From Actinomycetales bacterium (GTDB taxonomy: Bacteria; Actinomycetota; Actinomycetes; Actinomycetales; CAVURS01): 64,000 bases of DNA. Of the stretch, positions 26,878 to 36,232 are shown piece after piece. Below the pieces are notes generated by a model that searched no databases, was not told where the DNA came from, and saw nothing but the letters and a program-made list of their open reading frames with translations. Where the stretch lies: positions 62,001 through 126,000 of the forward strand of contig JBJMHS010000008.1 in assembly GCA_045807245.1 (NCBI GenBank), in the 5' to 3' direction. The translations under genes and the position numbers were made by a program. Numbering within the stretch: the stretch's first letter is position 1; the number at the start of each line of letters is the position of its first letter.

Positions 26878-29508
26878 ATGACAGCCACCCTCCCGGTCCC
26901 GATGCCGGAACGTGTGGAGCCGCTCCAGCGGCTCCACACGCGGCTGCGGGTCCGGCCGAGGAGCATCTGGTCGTTCTTCCGGCGGCCCGGCTGGCCCCTC
27001 GCGGTCGTCTTCGTGCCGTTCCCCCTGTGGTGGGCGCTCGGCATGAGCGAGTTCATCTGCATGTTCATGGCCGTGCCGATGGCCCTGTACCTGTTGCGCC
27101 AGCGGCGGGTCCAGGTGCCACGCGGCTTCGGCTTCTGGCTCGTCTTCCTGTGCTGGGTGGCCGTCGGCTTCCTGGTCCTGCAGGTCAGCGCCGTCGGAGC
27201 GGTGCCCGACAACAGCCCGACCCGGTTCATCACCTGGACCTACCGACTGGTCTGGTACCTCACCTGCACGGTTGCTGCGCTGTATGTCCTGAACACTCGC
27301 AAGTACGTTCCGCTGGAACGAATTTCGCGCATCGTCAGCTGCCTGTTCCTGACGATCATCGCGGGCGGCGTGCTGGGCCTGCTGGCGCCGCACTTCCAGT
27401 TCCCGTCGGCGCTCGAGCTCGTCCTGCCCAAGGGCATCACGAGCGTGCAGTTCATCCAGAAGATGATCCATCCGTCCGCCGCGCAGCTGCAGGAGGTCCT
27501 GGGCTACGAGTCGCCCCGGCCGAGCGCGCCGTACACGTTCACCAACACGTGGGGCATGAACTTCACCGCGACGCTGCCGTTCTTCCTGCACGCCTGGTTC
27601 GGCAAGGAAGCCGCGTGGCGGCGTTACCTCGCCGTACCGATCCTGCTCATCGCCGCGGTCACCGCGATCATGTCGCTCAACCGCGGCATGTGGATCACGT
27701 TGGTCGTGATGGCTCTGTTCGTCGCAATCCGGTCGGCGATGATCGGCAAGCCCGGCCCCCTGGCCGGGGTCGTGCTCGCTGGCGCCGCGATCGTCATCCT
27801 GGTGGCCTCGACGTCGCTGGGCAACGTCGTCAACAACCGCCTGTCCAACGCAGGCAGCGAGCAGGGGCGGCAGAACCTCAGCACCCTGTCCGTGACGAGC
27901 GTCGCCAAGACCTCACCCATCATCGGGCTCGGCAGCACCCGCAACGTGCAGGGCAACTTCAACTCGATCACGGGCGGCGCGACGGCGCAGTGCCCGCGCT
28001 GCAGCCCACCCGCGCTGGGCACCCAGGGTCAGCTGTGGCTCGTGGTGTTCAGCAACGGGCTGTTCGGTCTCGCGATGTACCTGGCGTTCTTCGCCATCTC
28101 GTTCTTCCGACATCTCCATCGACGATCACCGCCGGTGACGCTGGGCCTGATGGTGGTCGTCGCCAGCACCTTCACGTCGCCCTTCTACAACTCGCTGGGC
28201 ACAGGCTTGATGGTCGTGATGATCGGCATCGGCCTGCTGGCCCGCGAGGAGGCGCTGGACCCCAAGTCGCGGCGGCTTCCGACGCTGGGCGACTACGTCG
28301 TGCCGGTCGTTCGCTGGGTGCCGCTCGTCATCATCTGCGCGATCCTGGGCGCGTACGCCGGGGCGTACGTCGACAAGGTCGGCGGCAAGTCGGCGACCGG
28401 AGTCGTCACGATCGTCGTGCCGGAGGCCCCGAACTTCACCCTGGTGCCGTCGACGTCCGGGCCCATGACGGTGGACACGCTGGCCCAGATGCTGGCCAGT
28501 GACGAGGTGCTGACGGCGGTGCAGCGCGCGTCCGGTCGTCGGCCCGTCCCGGGTGACAACTCGCTGGGGGTGCGCGCGACGGCGAACAGCCGGACCCTGC
28601 ACATCAGCTATACGGCGAAGACTGCCGTCCAGGCCAAGGCCGGCGCGGAGGCCGCGGGCAACGCGTTCGTGGACGTGCGCACCAGGCTGCTCGAGGCGGA
28701 CCGGGCCGCGCAGCTGGCCGCGCTGGACGCGCAGGCTAGCGTGATCAACGCCTCGCTGGACCGGCTGGAGACCCTGATCAACACCCCGCTGGCCGGCAAG
28801 AAGCGGCCGCCGCCCGTGTGGTCCACGTTCTCCCTGCGCACCCAGTCGACCGCCCTCACGACCGAGCTGCGCGTCATCCAACAGCAGACCGCCAAGGTCA
28901 CCGCTGCCGCGGTCCAGCCCGGCATCAACACCCAGCCGACCGACGTCTTCTTCGGCAGCGACCCGCGTCGCGTCGACATCGCCAGCGGCCTGGCCGTCGG
29001 GTTCCTCGTCGGTGCTCTGGGCGGCGTGCTCCTGGGTCGTCGCGGTCGCCGGGCCCGCCGGCGCCGAGCGGCCTTCGAGCAGACCGATCTGCCCGTCCTG
29101 GCCACCTTGCACCCGCGAGACCTGGCGCGGACCGGCGAGGAGGGCTCGACCGACGAGCTGACCGGGGTCATCGAGACCGCTGTCGCGGTCCACGACTTCG
29201 GCAGCTGCGTGGCCGCGGACGACTCGGACACCAGGGCGGTCGAGGTGGCCGGCTGGCTGGAGCATCTGGTCGCCGTGCGGCGTGGCGACCCGCGGATCTG
29301 CGTCATCGTGGCCTCGGACAGCGTCCGGACCGCTCCCATCAACCGTGCTCGCGCGGCTGCGCAGCGTCGCGGACTGTCCGTCATCGGCGTCATCCTGGTC
29401 GCTGGATCGACGAAAGCCCGGTGGGTCGCCGACCTTCGACCTAAACTTGGCGTTGGGCGCGTGGGCGCCGCAGACGAAAGGAAGCCCGGTGCCACAGATC
29501 GCCACTGA
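26878..29508 (+). CDS. Wzy/O-antigen-ligase-like polymerase fused to a Wzz-like co-polymerase domain
   Basis: About 12 hydrophobic segments with RPSAPYTFTNTWG, SLNRGMW, R..PIIGLG; then TM, periplasmic region (TLAQMLASDEVL, LHISYTA, coiled coil), TM and a cytoplasmic tail. Confidence 0.72.
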   Translation: MTATLPVPMPERVEPLQRLHTRLRVRPRSIWSFFRRPGWPLAVVFVPFPLWWALGMSEFICMFMAVPMALYLLRQRRVQVPRGFGFWLVFLCWVAVGFLVLQVSAVGAVPDNSPTRFITWTYRLVWYLTCTVAALYVLNTRKYVPLERISRIVSCLFLTIIAGGVLGLLAPHFQFPSALELVLPKGITSVQFIQKMIHPSAAQLQEVLGYESPRPSAPYTFTNTWGMNFTATLPFFLHAWFGKEAAWRRYLAVPILLIAAVTAIMSLNRGMWITLVVMALFVAIRSAMIGKPGPLAGVVLAGAAIVILVASTSLGNVVNNRLSNAGSEQGRQNLSTLSVTSVAKTSPIIGLGSTRNVQGNFNSITGGATAQCPRCSPPALGTQGQLWLVVFSNGLFGLAMYLAFFAISFFRHLHRRSPPVTLGLMVVVASTFTSPFYNSLGTGLMVVMIGIGLLAREEALDPKSRRLPTLGDYVVPVVRWVPLVIICAILGAYAGAYVDKVGGKSATGVVTIVVPEAPNFTLVPSTSGPMTVDTLAQMLASDEVLTAVQRASGRRPVPGDNSLGVRATANSRTLHISYTAKTAVQAKAGAEAAGNAFVDVRTRLLEADRAAQLAALDAQASVINASLDRLETLINTPLAGKKRPPPVWSTFSLRTQSTALTTELRVIQQQTAKVTAAAVQPGINTQPTDVFFGSDPRRVDIASGLAVGFLVGALGGVLLGRRGRRARRRRAAFEQTDLPVLATLHPRDLARTGEEGSTDELTGVIETAVAVHDFGSCVAADDSDTRAVEVAGWLEHLVAVRRGDPRICVIVASDSVRTAPINRARAAAQRRGLSVIGVILVAGSTKARWVADLRPKLGVGRVGAADERKPGATDRH

Positions 29509-31585
29509 GGACGTACGGCCCCGGTTGCTGGGGGATGCCCTCCGCCGCTACTGGGCCCTCGTGCTCGTCTGCGCGATCGGCGCGGCGATCGCGGCCGGCC
29601 TGTTCGCCAGCACGCGCTCGGCGTCGTACCTCGCCTCGGCCCGCGTCCTGCTCCGCCCGACCATCGGCAACCCGCTCGCGCCGGACAACGCCAGCAGCGG
29701 CCAGCAGGTCACCATCGCCATGCAGACCGAGGCGACGCTGGTCGACTCGGACCCGGTGGCCGCGCTCTCCAATCCGAAGCTGGTCAACCCGTGGACGCCT
29801 GGCGGCACCGCTGTCCACGCGTCCGTCCCGCCGAACACGCAGGTGCTCCTCATCACGTTCACGGCCAAGTCGGCCCGGAACGCGCAGGCCGGCGCGCAGT
29901 CGGTGGCCGACAGCTACCTGGCCTACCGCAAGGCCCAGTCCGCGGCGACCGTCAAGGCCCGCTCTGATGTCCTTGCGAAGCAGGTCGCGGCGGCGACCGC
30001 GAAGCTGGCCGTGGCCGAGAAGGCCCAGGCCTCGACGTCGTCCAGCGTGTCGGTGAACGCCACCCGCCAGATCCAGCTGCTCACCGGCCAGCTGGTCTCG
30101 CTGCAGGACGCGCTCAGCCAGCTCCAGGGCACGGACACCGCGCCCGGTTCGGTGCTCTCCCCGGCGACGCTGCCGGGCAAGGCCAGTGGCATCGGTCCGC
30201 AGATCATCGTCGGCGTGGGCGGGGTGCTCGGCCTGCTCGCCGGCCTGGTCTTCGCGATCGCCCTGACCCGCAGCGACAAGCGGGTACGGCGCTCGGCCGT
30301 CATGGTCGAGGACGTCCCGGTCCTGTCGGTGCTCGGCGCCCGTCGCCGGCGGCTCGCCGGCCGCTCCGCCGACCACCCGCAGCGTGGTCTGCGCTCGTCG
30401 TACCAGCGGCTGCGCATCGGCGCCCTCGCCGCGGTCCCGCCGTCGAGCTCGATCGCGCTCAGCGCGCTCGCGGAGCATGAAGATGTCGGCGACGTCGCGG
30501 CCGAGCTCGGTTCGTCGTTCACCCGCGCCGGGTACCGCGTCGTCGTCGTCCTGGCGACGGCCGAGGCCACCGCCGCGTCGGTGCTGGACGTCGCGGACGA
30601 GCCCGGTCTGTCGGACGTGCTCGCCGGCGCCGCCAACGCCGCTGACGTGCTGCTCGAGCGCGGGGGCCTGCACGTGCTGGCTCCCGGTCGTGACATCGAG
30701 GAGGTCCAGGAGCGGCTCTCCGGCGACCGGTTCAAGGCCGTGCTCCGCGAGCTGGCCGAGACCTGCGACTACGTCCTGGTCGTGGGGCCGCTGGCGACTA
30801 CACCCTCGGGTGTCGCTGTCGGCCGGGCCTCCACGGCGATGCTGCTGGTCGGCCGCGAGCTGCGGACGACGTCGATCGACGTCGAGGACGCGACGGACCG
30901 GGCCGAGCTCGTCGGCGCGCACGTCATCGGCCTGGTGCTGCGCAGCCGCGAGCGGCGCTCGCTGAGCCTGCGCCGCCGCCGACCTGCCGGCCCGACCGGC
31001 CGGCCGCGGCGGGGTGGCGAGCCGGACCGTCCCGAGATCGTCCCGTCCAGCCGGTCGGGCGCGGCGGCTCCCGTCTACCCCGGTGCCGACGCTGCGCAAC
31101 ACGAGGTCGTGGCCGCGTACGCCGGGCCGGTCGGCGGGGCGCCGGAGTTCCATGGCGGTCAGGCCACTCAGGCGACACAGGCCACTCAGGCCACGCAGTC
31201 GACGCAGTCGAGCCAGGGGACCCAGGCCGCCCCGGCCCGCGACCACGTGGCCATCGCAGCGTCCGTCCCCACACCGCTCTCGGCCGACGAGGCCGAGCAG
31301 CTCGCGATCGCGGACGCCAAGGAGCGCGCGGCCGAGCGGGCCGAGCCGCGGGCCGAGCTCGACCGCCAGCTCGACGGCCAGCTCGACGGTCAGGCCGAGG
31401 GCCAGGCCGACCGCGAGCTCGACGGCCAGGCGGACGGTCATCTGCACTTCGACGACGAGCTGGCCGAGGACACCGAGCTGGCCGACCTCGACGAGGACGC
31501 GGAGCTGGAGATCGACGAGGACGCCGTCTTCGTGATGGGTCCGGGCCGGTCCACCGGCTCGATGCACCAGCAGCCGGGAGCATGA
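29489..31585 (+). CDS. Polysaccharide co-polymerase (Wzz/Wzc-like) with degenerate kinase domain and acidic low-complexity tail
   Basis: ALRRYW TM, Y.ASARVLL, coiled coil, second TM, VPVL, YQRLR, PGLSDVL, CDYVLV; Walker A absent; GTG start after AAAGGAAG. Confidence 0.8.
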   Translation: MPQIATEDVRPRLLGDALRRYWALVLVCAIGAAIAAGLFASTRSASYLASARVLLRPTIGNPLAPDNASSGQQVTIAMQTEATLVDSDPVAALSNPKLVNPWTPGGTAVHASVPPNTQVLLITFTAKSARNAQAGAQSVADSYLAYRKAQSAATVKARSDVLAKQVAAATAKLAVAEKAQASTSSSVSVNATRQIQLLTGQLVSLQDALSQLQGTDTAPGSVLSPATLPGKASGIGPQIIVGVGGVLGLLAGLVFAIALTRSDKRVRRSAVMVEDVPVLSVLGARRRRLAGRSADHPQRGLRSSYQRLRIGALAAVPPSSSIALSALAEHEDVGDVAAELGSSFTRAGYRVVVVLATAEATAASVLDVADEPGLSDVLAGAANAADVLLERGGLHVLAPGRDIEEVQERLSGDRFKAVLRELAETCDYVLVVGPLATTPSGVAVGRASTAMLLVGRELRTTSIDVEDATDRAELVGAHVIGLVLRSRERRSLSLRRRRPAGPTGRPRRGGEPDRPEIVPSSRSGAAAPVYPGADAAQHEVVAAYAGPVGGAPEFHGGQATQATQATQATQSTQSSQGTQAAPARDHVAIAASVPTPLSADEAEQLAIADAKERAAERAEPRAELDRQLDGQLDGQAEGQADRELDGQADGHLHFDDELAEDTELADLDEDAELEIDEDAVFVMGPGRSTGSMHQQPGA

Positions 31586-32898
31586 CGGCCGGCACCCCAC
31601 AGGGCGCGACCGGTGCGGGTGGCCAGATGACGGTGACGAACTCGAGCTCCCGCGGTGACTTCCTCGGCGAGGTGTTCACGACGCTCTGGCCCCAGCCGCC
31701 GCAGCGCGTCCGGCCCTGGCAGGCCCGGCGCCAGGCTTCCGCGGCGCCGCCTGGGATGGCCGGCCCGGCCGCCGGCCGCCGCCGCTACGCCCTGGTCCCG
31801 TCCGCCGCTGCCCCGGCCGTCGCGGTGCCGCTTCGGCCCCGGCGCGGCGCAGCCTCGGTGCTGGCCAACTACAAGGCGAGCGCGCGAGGGATGGCCCGGC
31901 TCCGGCTGCGCCTGCTGGCCGCACTGGCCCGGCTGGGGGCGTTCGAGCTGTGGCCGCACCAGGTCGTGCTGCCGCACCCGCCGCCCGGGGCGGGCTCGTT
32001 GGAGACCTTCCTGGCGGGTGAGCTGGGGCACGACGTCGTGGCCTCGGTCTACACGAGCCCGCCACGGGCCAACCGCAAGCCCGTGCTGCAGCTGCTCGAC
32101 GGGTCCGGACGGACCTTCGGCTACGCGAAGATCGGCGTCAACCCGCTGACCACGTCGCTGGTGGCCGGGGAGGCACGTGCGCTGGGGGAGATGGGCCGCC
32201 GGTCCCTGTCGTCGGTCCGCGTGCCGTCGGTCGTCTTCCATGGGGACTGGCAGGGGCTCGAGATTTTGGTCCAGAGTGCGCTCGACGTGACCGCCTCCGG
32301 CCACGCCCCGGCCGGCGTGCTGAGCGCCGCGATGGTCGAGGTGTGCGGCGACCCGGACCAGCTGACCGCCGTACCCGCCGCATCGAACTCCTACGTCGAC
32401 GGCCTGGCCACCCGGCTCGACCTGGTCAAGACGCCCCGCGGGCAGTGGCTGCGCAGCGCCGTGGTCTCCTGGGTGGCGGCGGCCGGCGTCGACGAGCAGC
32501 TGCGCCTCGGCGCCTGGCACGGTGACTGGACACCCTGGAACATGGCGTACGACGGGCGCGACCTGTCGGTCTGGGACTGGGAGCGGTACGAGGAGGGGGT
32601 GCCCGCGGGGTACGACGCGCTGCACTGCGCGAGCCAGGCGGTGATCATGAGCCGCGAGCAGACGCCGGGGGACGCGGTGGCGGCGCTGCTGGGTCAGGCG
32701 CCTGCGCTGCTGGCGCCGTTCGGGCTCGACGCCGCCGCCGCCGAGCGGGTCTGCGGGCTCTACCTGATCGAGCTCGGGGCCCGCTACGAAGGTGACGGGC
32801 AGGAGGCCGCGGGGGCGCGGCTGGGCCGGCTGGAGACGTGGCTGCTGCCGGTCATCGCCGACCAGGTCGGGCTGACCCTCGAGCTGGTGGCCCGGTGA
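31582..32898 (+). CDS. APH/kinase-fold phosphotransferase-like protein
   Basis: GYAKIG (ATP lysine), E.RAL, HGDWTPWN (Brenner motif), WDWE, GYDALH. Confidence 0.72.
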   Translation: MTAGTPQGATGAGGQMTVTNSSSRGDFLGEVFTTLWPQPPQRVRPWQARRQASAAPPGMAGPAAGRRRYALVPSAAAPAVAVPLRPRRGAASVLANYKASARGMARLRLRLLAALARLGAFELWPHQVVLPHPPPGAGSLETFLAGELGHDVVASVYTSPPRANRKPVLQLLDGSGRTFGYAKIGVNPLTTSLVAGEARALGEMGRRSLSSVRVPSVVFHGDWQGLEILVQSALDVTASGHAPAGVLSAAMVEVCGDPDQLTAVPAASNSYVDGLATRLDLVKTPRGQWLRSAVVSWVAAAGVDEQLRLGAWHGDWTPWNMAYDGRDLSVWDWERYEEGVPAGYDALHCASQAVIMSREQTPGDAVAALLGQAPALLAPFGLDAAAAERVCGLYLIELGARYEGDGQEAAGARLGRLETWLLPVIADQVGLTLELVAR

Positions 32899-34502
32899 GC
32901 GCAGGGGAGGCACCGACGACGCAGCAGCGCGACGACGCCCTTCCGTCGCAGGCCGCCATGGGCGGTCTGGCCCGCGGGAGCATGGCGAACCTGTTCGGGG
33001 CCTTCGCCATGGCCGCGTCGACGCTGCTGGTCACCATCCTGGTGACCCACGCGCTCAGCCGCCGGTCGGCCGGCATCTTCTTCTCCACCACGTCCTTGTT
33101 CATGCTCGCCACCACGATCGGGCAGCTGGGCACGAACACCGGCGCCATCTACTTCATCGTGCGCGCCCGAGCCGAGGGGCGGCAGGAACGGATCCACGCC
33201 TACGTGCGGACGGCGCTGCGGCCGGTGGTCGTGACCGCGGTCCTGATGGGCGTCGCGCTCTTCGTGTTCGCACATCCCCTGTCAGAGGTCATCAACCCCG
33301 GGTACGCCGACCAGAGCGCGGAGTACCTGCGCATCCTCGCGCTCTTCATCCCGATGGCCGGGATCGAGAACGTCACCCTCGCTGCCACCCGCGGGCTCGG
33401 TCCCATGCGGCCGAATGTTGTCGTAGAGCAACTGGGCCGGCCGAGCCTGCAGCTGGCGCTGATCGCGTTGGCGCTCACCGTGCACAACCACTCGGTGCTC
33501 GCGCTGGGTTGGGCGTTCTGCTACCTGCCGGCTGCGGTGGCCGCGGTGTGGTGGTGGCGGCGGCTGAGCCGTCGGCTGCCGCCCTCCGGCCACCAGGAGG
33601 GGCTGGCCCGCGAGTTCTGGCGGTTCACCGCCCCGCGCTCGCTGGCCAGCGTCGCGCAGATCGCCATGCAGCGGCTGGACATCGTCCTGGTCGGCGCGCT
33701 GTCGGGCCCGGTCGCGGCCGCGGTGTACACCGCCTCGACCCGGTTCCTCGTCGTCGGCCAGATGGGCAACCGGGCCATCTCGCTCGCCGTACAGCCGCGG
33801 CTCGGTCAGGCGCTCACGATGGGCGACCGGGTCGCGGCCAAGCACTACTACCAGGTGTCCACGGCGTGGCTGATGCTGGTCACCTGGCCGCTGTACCTCA
33901 TGTTCGTCGTGTACGGCGAGCAGCTCCTCGCCGTCTTCGGCAAGGGGTACGACGCGGGCAGCCACGTGCTGCTGCTGCTCGCCCTGATCATGTTGCTGGC
34001 CACCGCCTGCGGCATGGTCACGATGGTGCTCAACATGGGCGGCAAGACGTCCTGGAACCTCTACAACGTGCTGCTGTCGATGGGCGTGCAGTTCACCATC
34101 GACATCATCCTGATCCCACGAGTGGGCATCATCGGCGCGGCCATCGGGTGGGGCGCCGCCATCGCCACCGGCAACCTCGTCCCGTTGACCCAGGTGGCGA
34201 TGTCGATCAAGGTGCACCCCTTCGGGCGCAGCACCCTCACCGCGGGGTTGGTCGCGTTGCTGTGCTTCGGCTTGGTTCCTGGGGGAGTGCGGCTCGCCCT
34301 GGGTCTGTCGTGGCTGTCGATCGTCGTGGCATCGCTTGTCGGTGGTGCGATCTACCTGGTTCTGCTGTGGGTGTTGCGAGAGCCGTTGGAGCTCAACGCT
34401 TTCCGCGACATGCGCCGCCGTCGACGCGGTACCGGCGCGGCCGCGGGCGCGGGCGCGAAGACTGAGCCCGAGCCGAGGCCCGACCCCGATCTCGAACCCT
34501 GA
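32895..34502 (+). CDS. Polysaccharide flippase (Wzx/MOP superfamily)
   Basis: About 14 TM segments; RLDIVLVG, VYTASTRF, LIPRVGIIGAAIG motifs. Confidence 0.88.
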   Translation: MSAGEAPTTQQRDDALPSQAAMGGLARGSMANLFGAFAMAASTLLVTILVTHALSRRSAGIFFSTTSLFMLATTIGQLGTNTGAIYFIVRARAEGRQERIHAYVRTALRPVVVTAVLMGVALFVFAHPLSEVINPGYADQSAEYLRILALFIPMAGIENVTLAATRGLGPMRPNVVVEQLGRPSLQLALIALALTVHNHSVLALGWAFCYLPAAVAAVWWWRRLSRRLPPSGHQEGLAREFWRFTAPRSLASVAQIAMQRLDIVLVGALSGPVAAAVYTASTRFLVVGQMGNRAISLAVQPRLGQALTMGDRVAAKHYYQVSTAWLMLVTWPLYLMFVVYGEQLLAVFGKGYDAGSHVLLLLALIMLLATACGMVTMVLNMGGKTSWNLYNVLLSMGVQFTIDIILIPRVGIIGAAIGWGAAIATGNLVPLTQVAMSIKVHPFGRSTLTAGLVALLCFGLVPGGVRLALGLSWLSIVVASLVGGAIYLVLLWVLREPLELNAFRDMRRRRRGTGAAAGAGAKTEPEPRPDPDLEP

Positions 34503-34504
34503 GT

Positions 34505-35374
34505 TCAAGCCCAGCGGAGAGGTTCGCCGAGGAGGGCTTCCAGCCGTGCGTCGTACGGCGCGTAGTGCTCTTCAAGCCTGGCCCGGACCCGCTTCGGCAT
34601 CGGGTTGCTGGGCCGCGCGTTGTGGATCTCGAACGTGTCCGGCTGGTGATGCTCCAGGCCCAAGAACGCCTGCAGCCGTGCGTACTCCTGCTCGGGCTCG
34701 GCGAAGAACGCCTCGCTCTGCATGACCTGCAGCTGCTCGCGCGGGAAGTGCTCGAGGATGCGCTCCAGCTGGTCGACGTACTCGCCGCGGGTGCGGTGCG
34801 ACTGGTGCCGGTGGCAGAAGCTCTCGTAGGTCACGTCGCGCGCCATCCGGTCGACCTCGCCGCGCAGCCGGTCGTCCTCCAGCTCCAGCGCACGCTCGAA
34901 CGTCTCCCACTCGAAGCCCCGCGCCGACTCGTGCTTCCAGGCCGAGTACGCGCGCTCGACCGGGTCGCGCAGCATCACCACGAGCCGCGCTTCGGGCAGG
35001 TCCTTGGCGATGCGCTCGGCCGCGAACGGGTGGAACACGTAGTAGCCGCTCGCCTCGAACGCGACCGGCGCCCCACCACGAGCCTTGGCCTCGGCGCTGC
35101 GGGTCAGCGGGAAGTGCCCCATGTACCAGTCCCAGCCGCGCCCGTAGTTCAGGTCGAAGTACCGCACCCCCTTGTTGACCGCCGGCCGCAGCACCTGCGG
35201 ATGCACCGAGAGCGCTCGGAACAGGGACGTCGTCCCGGCCCGCGAGGCGCCCATCATGATGAACGAGGGCCGCAGCCGGCGACTCGCCGTGGCCTGGCCG
35301 ACCGCGAGGTAGGCCCGGCGCGAGGCCTCGTGCAGCCGCCGTGGGACCAGGCCGCGCGCGCTCACGAGACCCAT
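34505..35374 (-). CDS. PAPS-dependent sulfotransferase (heparan sulfate N/3-O-sulfotransferase-like)
   Basis: 5'-PSB GASRAGTTSL..LS.HP, YFD.NYGRG.DWY, EASGYY, 3'-PB LRDPVERAYS; alternative GTG start at 35365. Confidence 0.9.
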   Translation of the reverse strand: MGLVSARGLVPRRLHEASRRAYLAVGQATASRRLRPSFIMMGASRAGTTSLFRALSVHPQVLRPAVNKGVRYFDLNYGRGWDWYMGHFPLTRSAEAKARGGAPVAFEASGYYVFHPFAAERIAKDLPEARLVVMLRDPVERAYSAWKHESARGFEWETFERALELEDDRLRGEVDRMARDVTYESFCHRHQSHRTRGEYVDQLERILEHFPREQLQVMQSEAFFAEPEQEYARLQAFLGLEHHQPDTFEIHNARPSNPMPKRVRARLEEHYAPYDARLEALLGEPLRWA

Positions 35375-36225
35375 CCCCAGCGCCGGCGCAGCCGGACGCC
35401 GAACTCGTCCTCCACCGTCCGCACCTCCGGCTCGAAGGTCGACCGCAGGTAGTCCAGGTCCGGCGCCGAGATGGTCGGCCGGTCGTCTCCGAGCGGCGAG
35501 TAGAGCAGCCGCTGTACGACGGGTGCCCGCTTCACCCGCCCGACCAGGTTCGCGCCGTCGTGGTTGCGCACCCAGGCCGCGGCCGTCTTGGCCAGCTTGG
35601 CCAGCGGCACGAAGCGGGCCCGGCTGGCCGGCAGCTGGGCCTCGAGCTGCTCGGGCGCCAGCGGGAGCGGCGAGACCCCGAGCCAGTCCGTGGTCGCGTC
35701 CAGGAACGCCTGCGGGTCGGTCTCGAAGTCGTCGAAGACCCCGATCCGGATGTTCGAGGACCCCACGGCGTCGAGGTACGGCCGGAGCTGGGTGGCGTAC
35801 AGGCCCTCCTGGATCATCTCCGGCTGCGCCGCCAGCGTGGCGCGGAACGTGTCCTGCGCGAGGCCGTGCTTCGCGGCGTACAGGTACGACGAGAAGGCCC
35901 GGTCGACCGGGTCGCGCAAGGTGACCATGAGCCGGACGTCCGGGCCGAGCGTCCTCCGGATCCGTCCAGCGGCCTCACTGCGGAGCAGGTAGTCCGGACA
36001 GACTTCGCCGACGACCGGTACGTCGGGCGGCGCCTGCGCGAACTGCGCGCGGTACCAGTCCAGGCCCCGGTCGTAGTAACGGCTGAAGTAGTACAGGTCC
36101 TTGGCCGGGCTCAGGTAGACCTGCGGGTGCAGCGAGAGCATCTCGTGCAGCCAGGTCGAGCCGGTCTTGCCCGGACCGATGTGGATGAACGTCGGCAGCC
36201 GGACGTCGTTCTTGGTGGAGCTCAT
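35362..36225 (-). CDS. PAPS-dependent sulfotransferase (same family)
   Basis: PTFIHIGPGKTGSTWL..L..HP, YYDRGLDWY, GEVCPDY, LRDPVDRAFS. Confidence 0.92.
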   Translation of the reverse strand: MSSTKNDVRLPTFIHIGPGKTGSTWLHEMLSLHPQVYLSPAKDLYYFSRYYDRGLDWYRAQFAQAPPDVPVVGEVCPDYLLRSEAAGRIRRTLGPDVRLMVTLRDPVDRAFSSYLYAAKHGLAQDTFRATLAAQPEMIQEGLYATQLRPYLDAVGSSNIRIGVFDDFETDPQAFLDATTDWLGVSPLPLAPEQLEAQLPASRARFVPLAKLAKTAAAWVRNHDGANLVGRVKRAPVVQRLLYSPLGDDRPTISAPDLDYLRSTFEPEVRTVEDEFGVRLRRRWGWVS

Positions 36226-36232
36226 GATCTGA

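Noticed and set aside
31582..32898. Aminoglycoside resistance phosphotransferase
   Set aside because: Only generic kinase-fold motifs, a long unrelated N-terminus, and translational coupling within the EPS operon
34240..34400. Locally T-rich, atypical codon usage at the flippase 3' end suggesting recombination
   Set aside because: Short, encodes hydrophobic TM residues, reading frame intact; not enough to call a breakpoint
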